From Lingula anatina (lineage: Eukaryota > Animalia > Brachiopoda), in NCBI GenBank assembly GCA_051362555.1, contig CM120648.1, forward strand, positions 8,676,587 through 8,740,586: a DNA stretch of 64,000 nucleotides, in the 5' to 3' direction. Position numbers and translations under genes: made by a program. Below are positions 1 to 12,084 of the stretch, one piece after another. The notes beneath the pieces were generated by a model. The model saw only the letters and a program-made list of their open reading frames with translations, did no database searches and was not told the DNA's origin. Within the stretch, counting starts at the first letter, position 1, and each line of letters starts with the position of its first letter.

Positions 1-2528
1 AAAATCCACAAGAACACTTCAATTTTTCCCGAAATACAATATTAATATTTATCTAATGCTTACATATCTGTATGCACTTCATTGGATAAATGCCCTGATT
101 TTACTGACAAATCGACTTCATAGGATAAAATGCGACTTCATATCCACATAAGATATTGCCTGCTACTTCATGGGATAAAGGTGAAAAAACTATTGTTGGC
201 CCAACGTTATGAGAGATAACGTTTTTGAAATGTAATGTTTTTGTACTTTAAATATTATCCAAAATAGGTAAACTGTACGTTTTAATTTACTTGCATGACT
301 GAGTAGGGTTTCTTAAGTGGTATTGGATGCATGTTTTGAGCAATTTTACAATACACAGGCATATGCAGGTGAGGATCCAGGATTTCTGAAAAATCAGTAC
401 ATTATGGGGATAACAGTCAGCGTTGAAAAAAGGGGGGATCCAGATCCCCTGGGCCCTCCCTTCCCAGATCCTCTAACCACAATGGGCCGTAAAACTACTG
501 GATCAGGTAAACCAGGCTATGATAACATTATTTACCCGTGGGTTATTGGACTATAAGATGGATAAATAAACAAATAGGAATAAATTATTTAACAGAAATA
601 AATAGATAATAGTGTTGAAAAAGAAGCAGAGAAGGCATATAAATGTGCACTACAGTCGTCTTGATCAAGTCGCATCCCACTCTGAAAATACTATTTTTCC
701 ATGAGGAAAGACACACGCAAGTGTAATGTCTTTACGTCTGTCTCTTGGTTTCCGAGGGGCTTTGTTCTGGTCCTACACCTGTGAATGTCCATCACGGCGT
801 GATCAAACGTGTTCCCGAAATACTTAGCTGGCTCTCTTTTGACCCGAAAATATTATCTGCGGCACAGTCTGCATTTGGAAACCTGCTAATAAGGCGTTCG
901 GGGGAGGGGGGTTACTTGTTGTTTAGCAGCCTAATTAACGTGGTTGATCTGCGAGATCAACAGGCTTGTAGTATGATATTTATACAGAATAAATTGATGA
1001 ATCTGAATTTAAAAAGTTAAGTTGCAAAGTAACCATGTGTCTCAAGTATATTGCATATGATTGCTTATTTCTTTCGTGCTTCCACCTCACGCGAGCACTT
1101 GTAATTGATACACTGTTACTTGGTTTAAGATAAGAGCGTAAATTAACTACAGCAACTACCGCCTAGAGAGTCATTCCACATGACAGTTGTAAAGCTGCAT
1201 TTTGCAACCAACAAAATACGTGAAAATGCAATCTGCAACTGTAAGTACGCATTTAGCAACCAATTTCTTTAAAGTAACTGGAACAATTTGAAATAATACA
1301 GAGATAGAATTGGGATGGGAACGGGGTTGCCTTGACACAATAGGCTGAATCTGGTGTCTGCCCCCAAGGTGGGTGATTTATATTTTATACATATATCACA
1401 ATTTCTGTCATCTCCCCCAAGAACACAACGAGCAGTTTTTAATTGGATTCCTTGTCCTACATTCAAGCACTCAGCTGTTCAGCGCTGTGTGCTGCCCTTC
1501 TCTTTTTTCAAGGACCCATTCACATTCATAATGACAGTTGTAGAGCCGCATTTTGCAACTGCAATGCATTTTGCAACCAGGTTTTTTTGTAAGTCCCTGA
1601 AACGGTTTGAATAATGGGGTGTGGTTGTACCATAGGGTGGTTGATTGTAATTTTCACATCGTAATTTCTGCCATCTACCCGCAAGCTGAAACATTGGGAA
1701 TTAATAAACCTATATGCAAAGGCTCTTCGGAATTTTAGTGTGACTTTGCAGTCCTTTGGGGGGGTATATTTTTATATCGCTGTTACTGTTATCTACCCCT
1801 ATCCATTAAAGTGAGGAACATGAGACGTTGGGCATATTTAAACTTGCCATTAGGCATGTGCACATGTCTTCGGATTTTTCTGACTATGGGGGTCGCCGTC
1901 CCTAGGGGTGGTTGATTATTATCTTTGCGTTATATTTTCTGCTATATACTTATAGGTGTTTAGGTTGAGGAAACTAAATAGTCGGGGTAAGCATAGGCAC
2001 ATTTTTTTTTCTTTTTTGTGACTATGGGTGTGGCTCTCCCTGGAGGTTGTTGCTGCAATCTTTCAATCGTATTTTCTGGTGGACCTTATATTAAGGAAAT
2101 CGAAATGCAACGTGCTTGGGCACATCAGAATTTTGGGTGACTTGGGGTCTTGGGGTGTAGCCATCCCTGGGGATGGTTGACTATTATCTTACCGTACTTA
2201 TTTCATCTTCTCCTAGACCATTCCAATTAGGAACATGAGTCTTTAATTAGTGCTTGAGTGGGCTACATGGGAATTTTAGCGTGACTTGGGGTGTGGCCGT
2301 CCCTAGTGGTGGAGTGATTGGTAGTTTGTCAGACAATGAAGCTGATTTAATTGCACTTAAGTCAGATTCCCCGCAGAGTTGGACCGACCCAGCTATAGTA
2401 CGATGTGTGAATCTAAAGGCGGTCTTTGGGTTATAGGAAGGAAGGGGAAATGCAGAGAAATTAGCAGACAGCACCTGATAACAGACCTTCAGTCGTATTC
2501 TTGAATATAGGTCAAGTTAATTAAAACT

Positions 2529-2808
2529 TATGGAAGCGTGTAAGGGTCACAACACCAAACAAAACTCACAACACCAAAAACAAAACTCACAACACCAACA
2601 GTGTGAGTGGTCGTATAGTGCAGACATATGATACGGTATACATGATACTCAGGTTTGTTTAAAGCGCTCTTTATTTGGTGTTGTGAGTTTTGTTTTTGGT
2701 GTTGGTGTTGTGAAGTTTGTTTGTTTTTGGTGTTGGTGTTGTGAGTTTTGTTTTTGGTGTTGGTGTTGTGAGTTTTGTTTGGTGTTGTGACCCTTACACG
2801 CTTCCATA
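2529..2808. mobile_element. Non-autonomous DNA transposon, IS3EU-like (TAY...RTA ends, 6-bp TSD)
   Basis: ~50-bp near-perfect TIR (TATGGAAGCGTGTAAGGGTCACAACACCAAACAAAACTCACAACACC). Both flanks read AAAACT (2523-2528, 2809-2814). Internal subrepeats CAAAACTCACAACACCAA. Confidence 0.75.
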
Positions 2809-2817
2809 AAAACTCCA

Positions 2818-2980
2818 TTCAAGACCCCATACTCTCAGGAATCCTAGGGTCCAAGTCCCGTTGTTCTTTAACATAAAACACACATGTTAATTACTGCTCT
2901 TGGGTAATTAACATTTTTGTTTTGTGTTAAGACACAACAGCTAGCAGTTGAACGCTAGGATTCCTGAGTGGGGCCTTGAA
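2818..2980. mobile_element. Palindromic MITE (GACCCC...GGGGCC ends, Harbinger/Tourist-like)
   Basis: Arms CTCAGGAATCCTAG / CTAGGATTCCTGAG, TTAACATAAAACA / TGTTTTGTGTTAA and ATGTTAATTAC / GTAATTAACAT pair around a short loop. Confidence 0.55.
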
Positions 2981-5342
2981 TTAGTTTTTAATTGGATTCC
3001 CTGACCTATATTCATGCATATGGCTGGCGTTTAGTTCTGTATGTGCTTCTACTGTTCTCTGCATTTCTCAAGGACCCATGCACATTCATTAAAAATGTCT
3101 GATTCATCAATCCTCAACGTTTCGTGTTCCTTAAAATTTCAGGGTATAGACGGCAGAAATAACGACGTGAAAAATAAAATCAACCACCCCCACCCCCTGG
3201 GATAGCCACACCTGAAATATCATACTAACATTCCCGGAAATCTATGTATATCCTCAATGGTAAGCTTATCAGCATGGAAGGTTTCATGTTCCTAACTGTA
3301 ATTGCGTAAGGGTGGAAGCAGCCAGGAATAATGATGTAAAATTTAAAATCAACCTCCCCAGGGACGGCCACACCCAATTTCACAAAAAAGACCCAGAAGG
3401 ACCCATACACATCCCCAAAGACAGGTTTTTCAGTCTAAGGGTAAATAGCAGGAATTACAATGTCAATTAGACTCATCCGCCCCCAGGACCACATCCCCAA
3501 AAAAAATCCGAAGTGCCCTTCCACATCCAAAATGATATGTAGCTACGTTTCATGTTCCTATCGTAAAATACGATGTAAAAATTATAATAGACCACCCCCA
3601 GAGACGACCACACCCCAAGTCACAATAAAATTCGGAAGAGCCTTTGCAAACCCCAAATGATAGGTTTATTAATCTCTGACGTATCAAGTTCCGCACTATG
3701 ATGGTCTAGGAAGTAACAATGTGAAACAGGTTATGCATGTATATAATTGTCCACACCAGGGGGAAGCTTGACGAATGTCGGCGTACTTAGCCGAGGCAAC
3801 ACCGTCCCCATTCTAATTCTACCTCTATAGAACTTTACACTATTTAGCCACCAGGAAAAAATTCCTGGTTGGAAAATGCGTTCAGCTGCAAAAATGCGGC
3901 TCTATTTGTAACGCGGCATTTTGCAACTGAATGCATTTTGCAACCGGTTGCAAAATGCGGCTCTACACCAGTTTTATGAATCCCCAGCATATCATTCTCC
4001 CCGACATCTATCTGGACAGCTGACCGTTTCAATTTATTCAGATTTCAGTCTTTCCGACCTTAAAGGTTAAAGGTTTTTATTTTAATATACTTAAAAGTAT
4101 ATAGGCCAGGGGGTCTATCTTTGTAATCGATCGAGATATTATCGAAATGTTATGTTGCATATCAATAGAAAAGCTTATTTTGACAGCATGTTATTTCAAG
4201 CAACACTTCCAAACCAGCGCAACTAATTTCATATTTTGAACTGTGTCTTTTGTTCCCTACAGTGTCACAAATACCAAAATCGGTAACAATATCTACATAT
4301 ATCATAGTGTATTGAACAGGCAAATACACTTTATATTCTCATAATACAATATCAACATTTTCCTTATATTTATATATTTATATATTTATATTCAGGTATG
4401 TATTCAATAACCTCACCAGCGCTCATAATTTGGCCTATTAAACTGTGCCTTTAGTTCCCTATAAATCCACGAAAATCATAGGTGACAATATCCACCACAA
4501 ATTTGGTTTACACGAAGATATAAAAACGGAGATATAAAAAAAGACTATACCCTAAACAAAATGTTCTTTTTATGTTACTTACGGTTTCGGCAAACTGCCA
4601 GACTGAACACTAACGCCAGCAGGGATATCCACGGTACACCTCCACTTTTTAGCCTCACTGCCATCTCTACAAACAAACACGCACCTCTTTAGTTTCCCCG
4701 TACAGTCTTATTTTACAACATGTCAAGTTTAAAAGAATGACTTTTACAAAATGCTATAAGCTATAAGCTCAAAACACTAAAAAATGACTCTGTACATACA
4801 GTATGTGGATTGCGGAAAATGAGTTCATTGAGTCGTCAAATAAAAAAAAGATCTGGTACTTGCGATGAGGCATTCGATGCAACAGGAAACAAAAATACAT
4901 GTGCTATGGGACTTGCATTGTCCAGCTTCAGAGAGAGAGAGAGAGGGAGCTATAAATAAAAAAAATCACAAATTACATACCGAGTGTCACAACAGAGTGT
5001 TGATGTTCACATACCTTTTGTGTCATTGACATCCGATGAAACTCGTATCTGAGACTGCAAAGTGGTTCCCTGGTTGTTAAATGCATTGGGCACGACAACT
5101 TGGTGTTTATAAATGCAGTTGTTATGATGAAATGGGAAGGTTTAACTGTCTATGTTAAATGGGCAATCGTACGTTTTTCTATTGCTTTAAATAATTAATC
5201 GCGATCTTCTGTTTTTACACGACATGCATCAATCTAACAGTATAGATTACGCTTCTGCTTCTGCTGCTGTTGCAAGGGACGTACAGAGTTAGGTAATTCA
5301 TTTGCAAACGATTTTGCCATAAACTAATAACCGCGTACATTA

Positions 5343-5464
5343 GACCCCATTTCCAGAGATTAGATCGATCTACTTTAGACGACATTTAAGCCGTATTATC
5401 TGACAGTAATCTAGGGAAACTCCCCGCGGGGATAGATAGATCTAAAAGCTCTGGGAATACAGCC
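5343..5464. mobile_element. Harbinger/Tourist-like MITE
   Basis: Starts GACCCCATTTCC, TTA on both sides, and is homologous in inverted orientation to the longer copy at 45012-45225. Confidence 0.6.
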
Positions 5465-5974
5465 TTAGTGTGTTATATCGCTCCACTGATGACAGATAGC
5501 ACAAAACCACTGGAAAGTTTGTGTTGTTCTGTATTTGTAAAACAACCAAATGGAATCTGATTCACTTGAAAATCCAATCAGAAATATACTCATTGTATAT
5601 ATAGTAATACATTGTAGTTACACGCACGTGCTACTTCTTTCAGAATTAAATGGAAATGCGGTAGAACCTTACAGCAACAGCACAAAATGTAAATCTATCA
5701 GTGATTTAGTGAATTTTAGTAATTCCCTTATGAAATTAAGTTAAGTGCTATTATGAGGACAGAATATACAAGAGAGAAAATGTAAAAAAAGAATCACTTC
5801 GATAGAATACAAGGAACCACTCTCCTTTTTTTAAATCAAAATCGAAGTGTACGACTCCGTCTAAATCACTTTCCAAAAGGCGAAATAGACTAACACTGAA
5901 ACTGAGAAATAATATTCGTGATTTTTTCCACAGTGGTTGACATCTTTCATCCCCACATCTGTTTAGTTTTTTAA

Positions 5975-6196
5975 GCCCCATTTACACTGAACGGCGTCCT
6001 TTCTGCGTCCCGTAGTACAGCCCCGTTTGGGAGTAAAAAAAAAAAATAATACTTTACATGCCGACAACTGGCCGACCACTGAGCATTCTTTCTGCAACCA
6101 AAGCGATGCTTGTGTCTCCTTTCTACGACCACCGCCATGCCAGTTTCATGGTCGCACAAAGAACGCAGAAAGGACGCCGTCCAGTGTAAAGGAGAT
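5975..6196. mobile_element. Harbinger-like MITE
   Basis: ~34-bp TIR: GCCCCATTTACACTGAACGGCGTCCTTTCTGCGT vs ACGCAGAAAGGACGCCGTCCAGTGTAAAGGAGAT. Confidence 0.7.
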
Positions 6197-6268
6197 TTTA
6201 CTCACGTCCCGCGACCCAATACCTGGATTTTGTCATTCAGCGTATGTTACGATACTGAGACTCTGAGG

Positions 6269-6270
<2 letters not shown>

Positions 6271-6333
<63 letters not shown>
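6271..6333. repeat. (TAA)n immediately followed by (TTA)n, a self-complementary microsatellite
   Basis: Read directly from the sequence. Confidence 0.95.
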
Positions 6334-6335
<2 letters not shown>

Positions 6336-6633
6336 CCTTTGTTGTGAAAATAAATATTTTTAAATATGAATCGTCATCATTTAGGGATTTCAACCCGCAT
6401 ATTTTTTACCTTTACGATGAGTGAATTTTTTTGTGGATTTGGAACAAAAATAGGCCAGACTTTATAGAGGCTGTGGTGGACATTATTGAGCTTAGTTTGT
6501 AAAATGTGAGAAGAATAACATACTTGAGTGTGTCGCAAATAGAAACACTTTATTCCTTCAAAGTGTTGTTCATCAGTTCAAGTGATCCCAGTATATGCAT
6601 TCTATGATTAGGTTATATCTTTCTTTATATCAT

Positions 6634-6668
<35 letters not shown>

Positions 6669-7671
6669 TTGTAGTCGTATAATCTCCGTTCGTTAAATAC
6701 AAGTAGTCCGTGTACTATGGTTCTGTATAGCTTGACATCAAATGTGATTATACAGAACCACAGCATAAATTATATACCACGGTTTCTCCTCGGTTTCAGG
6801 TTAGAAACTCAGATCGTGATGGCAGCCGATCGATATCCCGTATTCTTCTAATGATAGACTTATAATGATAAATAACATACGTAGATCGAGTTGTACTCAG
6901 TATTATCTGTTAAATTTTTTTCCGTGACAAAAGTGCGAGTGGCAAATTGACAAATATCACTTCTTGGCACTAACAAAAATGATAATTATGGAACGTATTT
7001 TATCAGCGGCTTTTTGAAAACTAATTATTGTGCTTTTTTCTTGTGATTAAGGTAACGAGTCATATCCTAGATGCCGCTTGCTTTTGGGGCTTGTTTTTAC
7101 TGTAAATTGTTCACAGCTATACTTGCATGTAAGGGAAATAGGTTACGATTTCATCAATTTCATCAATCGCAAAAACATTAAAACATCAAATCCAAATAAA
7201 CAAAAGCCCAGTAAGTTATTATCGTAAGAGTCAATTGGTGCGAAATTGTTTTCGTATTTGTCGAGAAAGGACATTTTCAAAGTCAGATGAGCTTTTGATT
7301 GATTGGTTAATTTCATATACTGTACATAAAGTGATATTCCATAACTTGACTAACAGCTACAAACTAGTAGACTTGGGCCCTTTAATGTGATGTAATAAAA
7401 CAAGAGGCGTAAACAGGGGCTCATACAGATTGCCTTATTAGGAAAGACCGATTAGTTCAAAATAAACAATAGTACAAAATAAAGTCCATGTAGGACGGAA
7501 GATTCCAATAGTACATAAAAGCTGACGTAAAGCAGATAACGAGTCCTCCGTTCGGAGAGAAAGAGTGTATATAAATATATAAGAGACTGCATGTCAAGAA
7601 ATTGGGGATCTCAATTTCATTTTTTTTTTTTAGGATCTGGTTTATCTTGACGTCTTGGTCCCTATAAATTG

Positions 7672-8357
7672 CTGTTACATGAAAATCTAACTCCCCCATG
7701 AAATTTTGATCCCCAAAAAAAACTATATCTTATTTTATTTGAGTATATGACTTTTATCTAGTAGTATGCAATGGGAGTACAAATCCTATGGCTAGTTATT
7801 TTTACCACCAAGCTTTCAAATACTAATTAAATATACGTCACAATGCAAACTATGTGGAAAATCATGGTATGGTGACTAAATATAAAATAGGGCCTTTCCT
7901 TCATGGGAGACCAAATCCCATGGATATGAAAATGAAAGATTTTTCATGATTTTTTTTTTTTCATTTTTTTTGCACCCAATATTTTAACACCAAACTTGCA
8001 AATATTTCCAATATATTTTTATAAAGTACACTAAAAAGAAAAAGGTTGAAATGATCACCAAATATCAAATAAATAGCTTTTTCAAGAAGAGTCATTGGGT
8101 GGTAGAATACACATTTTTAATTTTCTTTTTTATTGAAAATTATCACCTGCAAAGTAACAAAAAGCTCCAATGTATTTTCCATTATGCATACTACAAGATA
8201 AAAGTCATACAGTGTATACTCAAATAAAATAAGATTTGTGAAGTTTGTGGGGGGAGTAAAAATTTCATTATGAAACTTCGACTGGGGAGTCAGATTTTCA
8301 TGAGGAAAATTTGACTGGGGAGTCACCTTTTAAGGGAGTCAGATTTTCATGGTAACT
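7672..8357. mobile_element. Foldback-type non-autonomous DNA element
   Basis: TIR GTTACATGAAAATCTAACTCC / GGAGTCAGATTTTCATGGTAAC. Inner arm 7725-7775 is inverted at 8180-8235. Confidence 0.6.
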
Positions 8358-8710
8358 CTGGTTGAAAAAGGAAGGGTTGAAAAATTGAAAACTACCTGCT
8401 CCTATGTTCTTCAGCGTTTCGATATTCTCTCCTTTCGAAGCACTTTATATACAACATTTCCCAAATATTCTAAAATTATAACGTGACATTTTAGATTACA
8501 ATACACGACCTGTGTTTTGTCACATTTCGCCATTAAGATCGCCCGGTAGTCTAGCAGCTGTCATTTTTTAAATCTTCAACCTGATAATTCAATTATTTAC
8601 TAGAAAATGACGAATCTCAGAACATTTGTGAGTCTGGCTAACTTGACAAAAAACAGAGTAGCAAAGAAAAGAAAATCCATTTCCTTTTCCTCAGGTGATT
8701 GCAGATAGTA

Positions 8711-11701
8711 TCAAATCGAGCTAACTTCGGTGCTTCTTTTCTTCGACGGCATGCTGTTTCTACAGGTATTTGACGAGACAGAATTTAGCGGAGTGGAATC
8801 AGATGTGAGATGGCAAGTTTTCAGCCCGTTCAATTTCTTCAGTTCCTCCCATACCCTCTTGGTACACACGGTTGCTATAAAAATATATACACCGTCCAAT
8901 GTGGCAGTGACAATAAAAATATACCACATAATATTGGATATAGTAGGGTCGTGGAACAAACTGGCAACGAATCCAAAAATCCAATTTACTCCCATCAGGA
9001 CAAATATTTTAACGTATATAGCAAATGAGTGGTTTTTATTCTGCGAGGAACTGAGTCCCTCTGCTCTTTTCATAGCACCGCGGATGGAACGGGAGATGAT
9101 GACAAAAAGGATCAGGTTCACAATAATGACCAAACCAATCGGTGCTACCATGAATATAATCAGAGGAAATTTTTTAGAAATCCAGCAAACCCCTGATGTG
9201 TAACTTGGTTGGAAGTTTTCGTCGATGTGGGCATAGTCCAACACAAGGCATGACACCACGACAATGACCGAGCAAAGCAAGGTATAGATGTGGTACGTGA
9301 AGAACCGTTTTCTCGACCCTTCAGATCGGTCGGAAGTCAGTGACGATTTCGTGCTAAATGTCCGCGTCATGTCGACTGCAATGGCGTTCATCCAGAGAAA
9401 GGAACACAGTACACTCCAATGGAACAATACACCAACAATTTGGCATCCGACTTCGTTGCCTAGAAAAAATGGTCTCATTAAGAAGAGAACTTTCGATATG
9501 AAGAGGACAAAAACGAGGCAAAATTGAAGTCTCCCTGGAAACGTCCGAAAGACGGCTACACACGATTGCAAGACAAGCCTTACAAGAATACATAAAGATG
9601 ATATGACTAAACATACGACCGTTACAATTCCTTCCGCTTGCGTTAAGTTACCGACGTTCTGGCTGTTTCCCGTTAAGTTATTATTTGATAGTTCCTCTGA
9701 TATATTGACAACATCAGCACATACCCATGCCCGATTATCCCACACTTGATAATTCTTTCTGTCTATCAGGGTGTTTGAGACATGAACTAAAATGGACCCG
9801 TTTCCCGAAATGTCATAATCGGACGTATTAAGGCCAATACGAGGGCAGTCACTAACCCCGGAGTGGAAAGGATCGAAGCTGTAGGTGTTACCGACGTATT
9901 TAAATATTTTCTTTGAGTCATTATTAAAGACAGAAATTATTGATTCAAGTGCAATGTCCAGCGAGAGGATGAGAGTTGCATTTATTTGGCTTTGGGTAAC
10001 GTTTGCCTCTATAGATTTTAATAAAAAACGGCTTTCCATGGTAGCAGCTCGAGGATTAATAGTGTCAACATAGTTCGTCACAACGGTTCCATATACAGGA
10101 AATCCAGTCTCAAAGATCTTTGACAGTGTTCGGGCTATGTCTGCCTTCTGCTCTTTAAAATAAGGAATTTTCTGAAAAGGACTCCCTTTTACGAAGGTTA
10201 GTCTCTCGTTTGGGTCTTTCGTCACCCATGACGTCACGATTCTCACATCACTTAAAGGGTATTTATACATGCAGACGCCTTCCACAAGCTTGAAGTCTAG
10301 TGAGCACTGAATCGGCTGGCAAGATGCATCAAAAACATGACAGTCTAATAAAGTTTCTCTACCAGCAATCTCTCCCTCATCCTGCTGTGTATTGACGCCA
10401 ATTCGAAGACCATCAAGGCTGTTAAAATCCATGATAACTCTAAAGGAGAAAAATGAAATGTCAGTGCCTGGTTTGCCACTAGGGGCGGTCACTGGTTTAC
10501 ACCCCAAGTCAGGTAAATTCTCATGGTTGCACAAGGCACAAAACTTGTTTTTGTAGCTGTCTCTATTTTCGACGTACAATTGGTAACGATGGCAGTCGCG
10601 GATCATTTTTTCATTGAAACAGTCTTTCGAGCACTCCCTGATAACATGCTCGCACGTGCGGATGGGGCTCCAAGCTGGGGGAATAATGGTTTTTGTGCAT
10701 GCGTCACTCTTTTCTAGTTCGATGAAGGGGTTCGAAGAATTTTCAAGGTAGACAGGCCGTGAACAATTGAAATTTACTTGCCAGAACGTATAGTTCTCGA
10801 TCCCATGGCAGGTGGCGCAGTAAGCGTTACGAAAATGCACGCCTGTGTTTTTGTCGGTAACTGGTAAAATGTATTTTAAATCAAGTTCCCAAGGATTGCC
10901 TTCTATCTCACATGCACCCGAGATTGTGTCAGACACCCAGTCCGTTGGACACTTACCAAAAACAAGCACATTCATTATTGAGCTCATGTATATTGAGGCA
11001 AAACGGTACTTCAGAGTTTGGCACGTGGCCCCCGGATGATAGCTCAGGTTAAAGTTCAGGGTTGTTTTTCTAAGCTCATACTTCGTCTTTTCATCCGGGC
11101 ATTTTGCTTCTACATCCGGGCAACAATCCCCGTAAAGATAACACTGGTGGTCGCAAGAACACCACTTTGGAATGCCGCCCCGTTGACTGCTGACGTTACC
11201 GCAATGCCCTTCGCACGTTAACATTCTGGCGTAGTGGGAACAACTGGGTATGTCATTGTGGCCAGGGGGCGGGGGCTCGCGATCAGGTCCTCCACAGACG
11301 TACTCTGGAGAATCAGGTGGTGGAGACATGACTTTTAGAAGTGGAGGGGGTGGGGGTGTCATTGGGATCCATTGCGGAAATTGGTCGACTGTTAGTGTGC
11401 TCCCGTTATATCCCGTTGTTGTTGTTGGTGGTGGTGGTGGTGGTGGCGGCGGCGGTGGTGATGGCGCTGCTTTTACTCTTATTTTTGTTGCTGGTGGAAC
11501 TTTTGTTATTGTTGCTGCTGCTGCTGGTGATGCTTTCATTGCCGTTGTTATTGCCGGTGGTGAGAGTGGTGGGGGAGGTGACAATGCTCTTGCTGTCGTT
11601 GTAGCCAAAAGTCCATTTACATCCCAAGTACAGCAGAAGAAGTACAAGCACAGTGCAACAGCACTCATAGTTCTGTAACGTGGCCCTGTGCTGGAATTCA
11701 T
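8711..11701 (-). CDS. Somatomedin-B/Cys-rich family-B (adhesion/methuselah-like) 7TM receptor, paralog 1 (~996 aa)
   Basis: Single long ORF. The likely ATG at 11701 lies 4 nt after a TTTCAG acceptor, as in paralogs 2 and 3. Signal peptide, Pro/Thr mucin-like stalk, SMB motif CEGHCG..CSCDHQCYLYGDCCPD..C, PVTD..HFRNAYCATC repeat, seven TM helices with family-B motifs (FLWMNAIA, CWIS, MGVNWIFG). C-terminus -SSI. Confidence 0.9.
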   Translation of the reverse strand: MNSSTGPRYRTMSAVALCLYFFCCTWDVNGLLATTTARALSPPPPLSPPAITTAMKASPAAAATITKVPPATKIRVKAAPSPPPPPPPPPPPTTTTGYNGSTLTVDQFPQWIPMTPPPPPLLKVMSPPPDSPEYVCGGPDREPPPPGHNDIPSCSHYARMLTCEGHCGNVSSQRGGIPKWCSCDHQCYLYGDCCPDVEAKCPDEKTKYELRKTTLNFNLSYHPGATCQTLKYRFASIYMSSIMNVLVFGKCPTDWVSDTISGACEIEGNPWELDLKYILPVTDKNTGVHFRNAYCATCHGIENYTFWQVNFNCSRPVYLENSSNPFIELEKSDACTKTIIPPAWSPIRTCEHVIRECSKDCFNEKMIRDCHRYQLYVENRDSYKNKFCALCNHENLPDLGCKPVTAPSGKPGTDISFFSFRVIMDFNSLDGLRIGVNTQQDEGEIAGRETLLDCHVFDASCQPIQCSLDFKLVEGVCMYKYPLSDVRIVTSWVTKDPNERLTFVKGSPFQKIPYFKEQKADIARTLSKIFETGFPVYGTVVTNYVDTINPRAATMESRFLLKSIEANVTQSQINATLILSLDIALESIISVFNNDSKKIFKYVGNTYSFDPFHSGVSDCPRIGLNTSDYDISGNGSILVHVSNTLIDRKNYQVWDNRAWVCADVVNISEELSNNNLTGNSQNVGNLTQAEGIVTVVCLVISSLCILVRLVLQSCVAVFRTFPGRLQFCLVFVLFISKVLFLMRPFFLGNEVGCQIVGVLFHWSVLCSFLWMNAIAVDMTRTFSTKSSLTSDRSEGSRKRFFTYHIYTLLCSVIVVVSCLVLDYAHIDENFQPSYTSGVCWISKKFPLIIFMVAPIGLVIIVNLILFVIISRSIRGAMKRAEGLSSSQNKNHSFAIYVKIFVLMGVNWIFGFVASLFHDPTISNIMWYIFIVTATLDGVYIFIATVCTKRVWEELKKLNGLKTCHLTSDSTPLNSVSSNTCRNSMPSKKRSTEVSSI

Positions 11702-12025
11702 GGTCCTGAAATCAATTAAATTTAACTGAAGTGCGGGGTGTTGCACACATGGCAAAAGATATATTCTAAAACACACGCAATATGTTTTAATTTAAAAAAC
11801 CCGCTGTCTGAATGAGGCTCATCACTCTGCTCAGTCGCACCTGTTTAATATGGCCTGTTTATTCGTCGGATGAGCTATTTTTAGATGAGATGAGACAAGG
11901 TGACAATATTGTAACCGCCATACTCGTCATAAGTGAAAAAGGAGAGTGTGATGAATACATGAATATAATTTGAATTCAGATTAGGTGTAACTGCGGTTGT
12001 TGATGATTTCAAGATTTTTCAAAAC

Positions 12026-12028
<3 letters not shown>

Positions 12029-12079
<51 letters not shown>
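12029..12079. repeat. (CT)n microsatellite
   Basis: Read directly from the sequence. Confidence 0.95.

Positions 12080-12084
<5 letters not shown>

Larger units (their letters stand above)
1190..3965. repeat. Large degenerate foldback (inverted-repeat) element with internal ~120-145 bp tandem units
   Basis: The unit GTGACTTGGGGTGTGGCCGTCCCT-GGGGTGGTTGA recurs at ~1617, 1880, 2018, 2137 and 2281, and in reverse complement at ~3180, 3349 and 3590. 1300-1337 is inverted at ~3790-3828. GCATTTTGCAAC motifs at 1197-1580 are inverted at 3865-3962. Confidence 0.65.

Noticed and set aside
2550-2790. Short direct repeats that look like a CRISPR array
   Set aside because: No unique spacers. They are subterminal repeats of a TIR element in a eukaryotic genome.
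317-8326. Short ORFs of 60-104 aa in the first 8 kb
   Set aside because: They overlap repeats and microsatellites, and show no domains or consistent splice structure.
11702-11776. N-terminal extension MCFRIYLL... of the 1021-aa ORF
   Set aside because: It starts at a non-ATG codon and lies upstream of a splice acceptor conserved in all three paralogs, so it is intronic.
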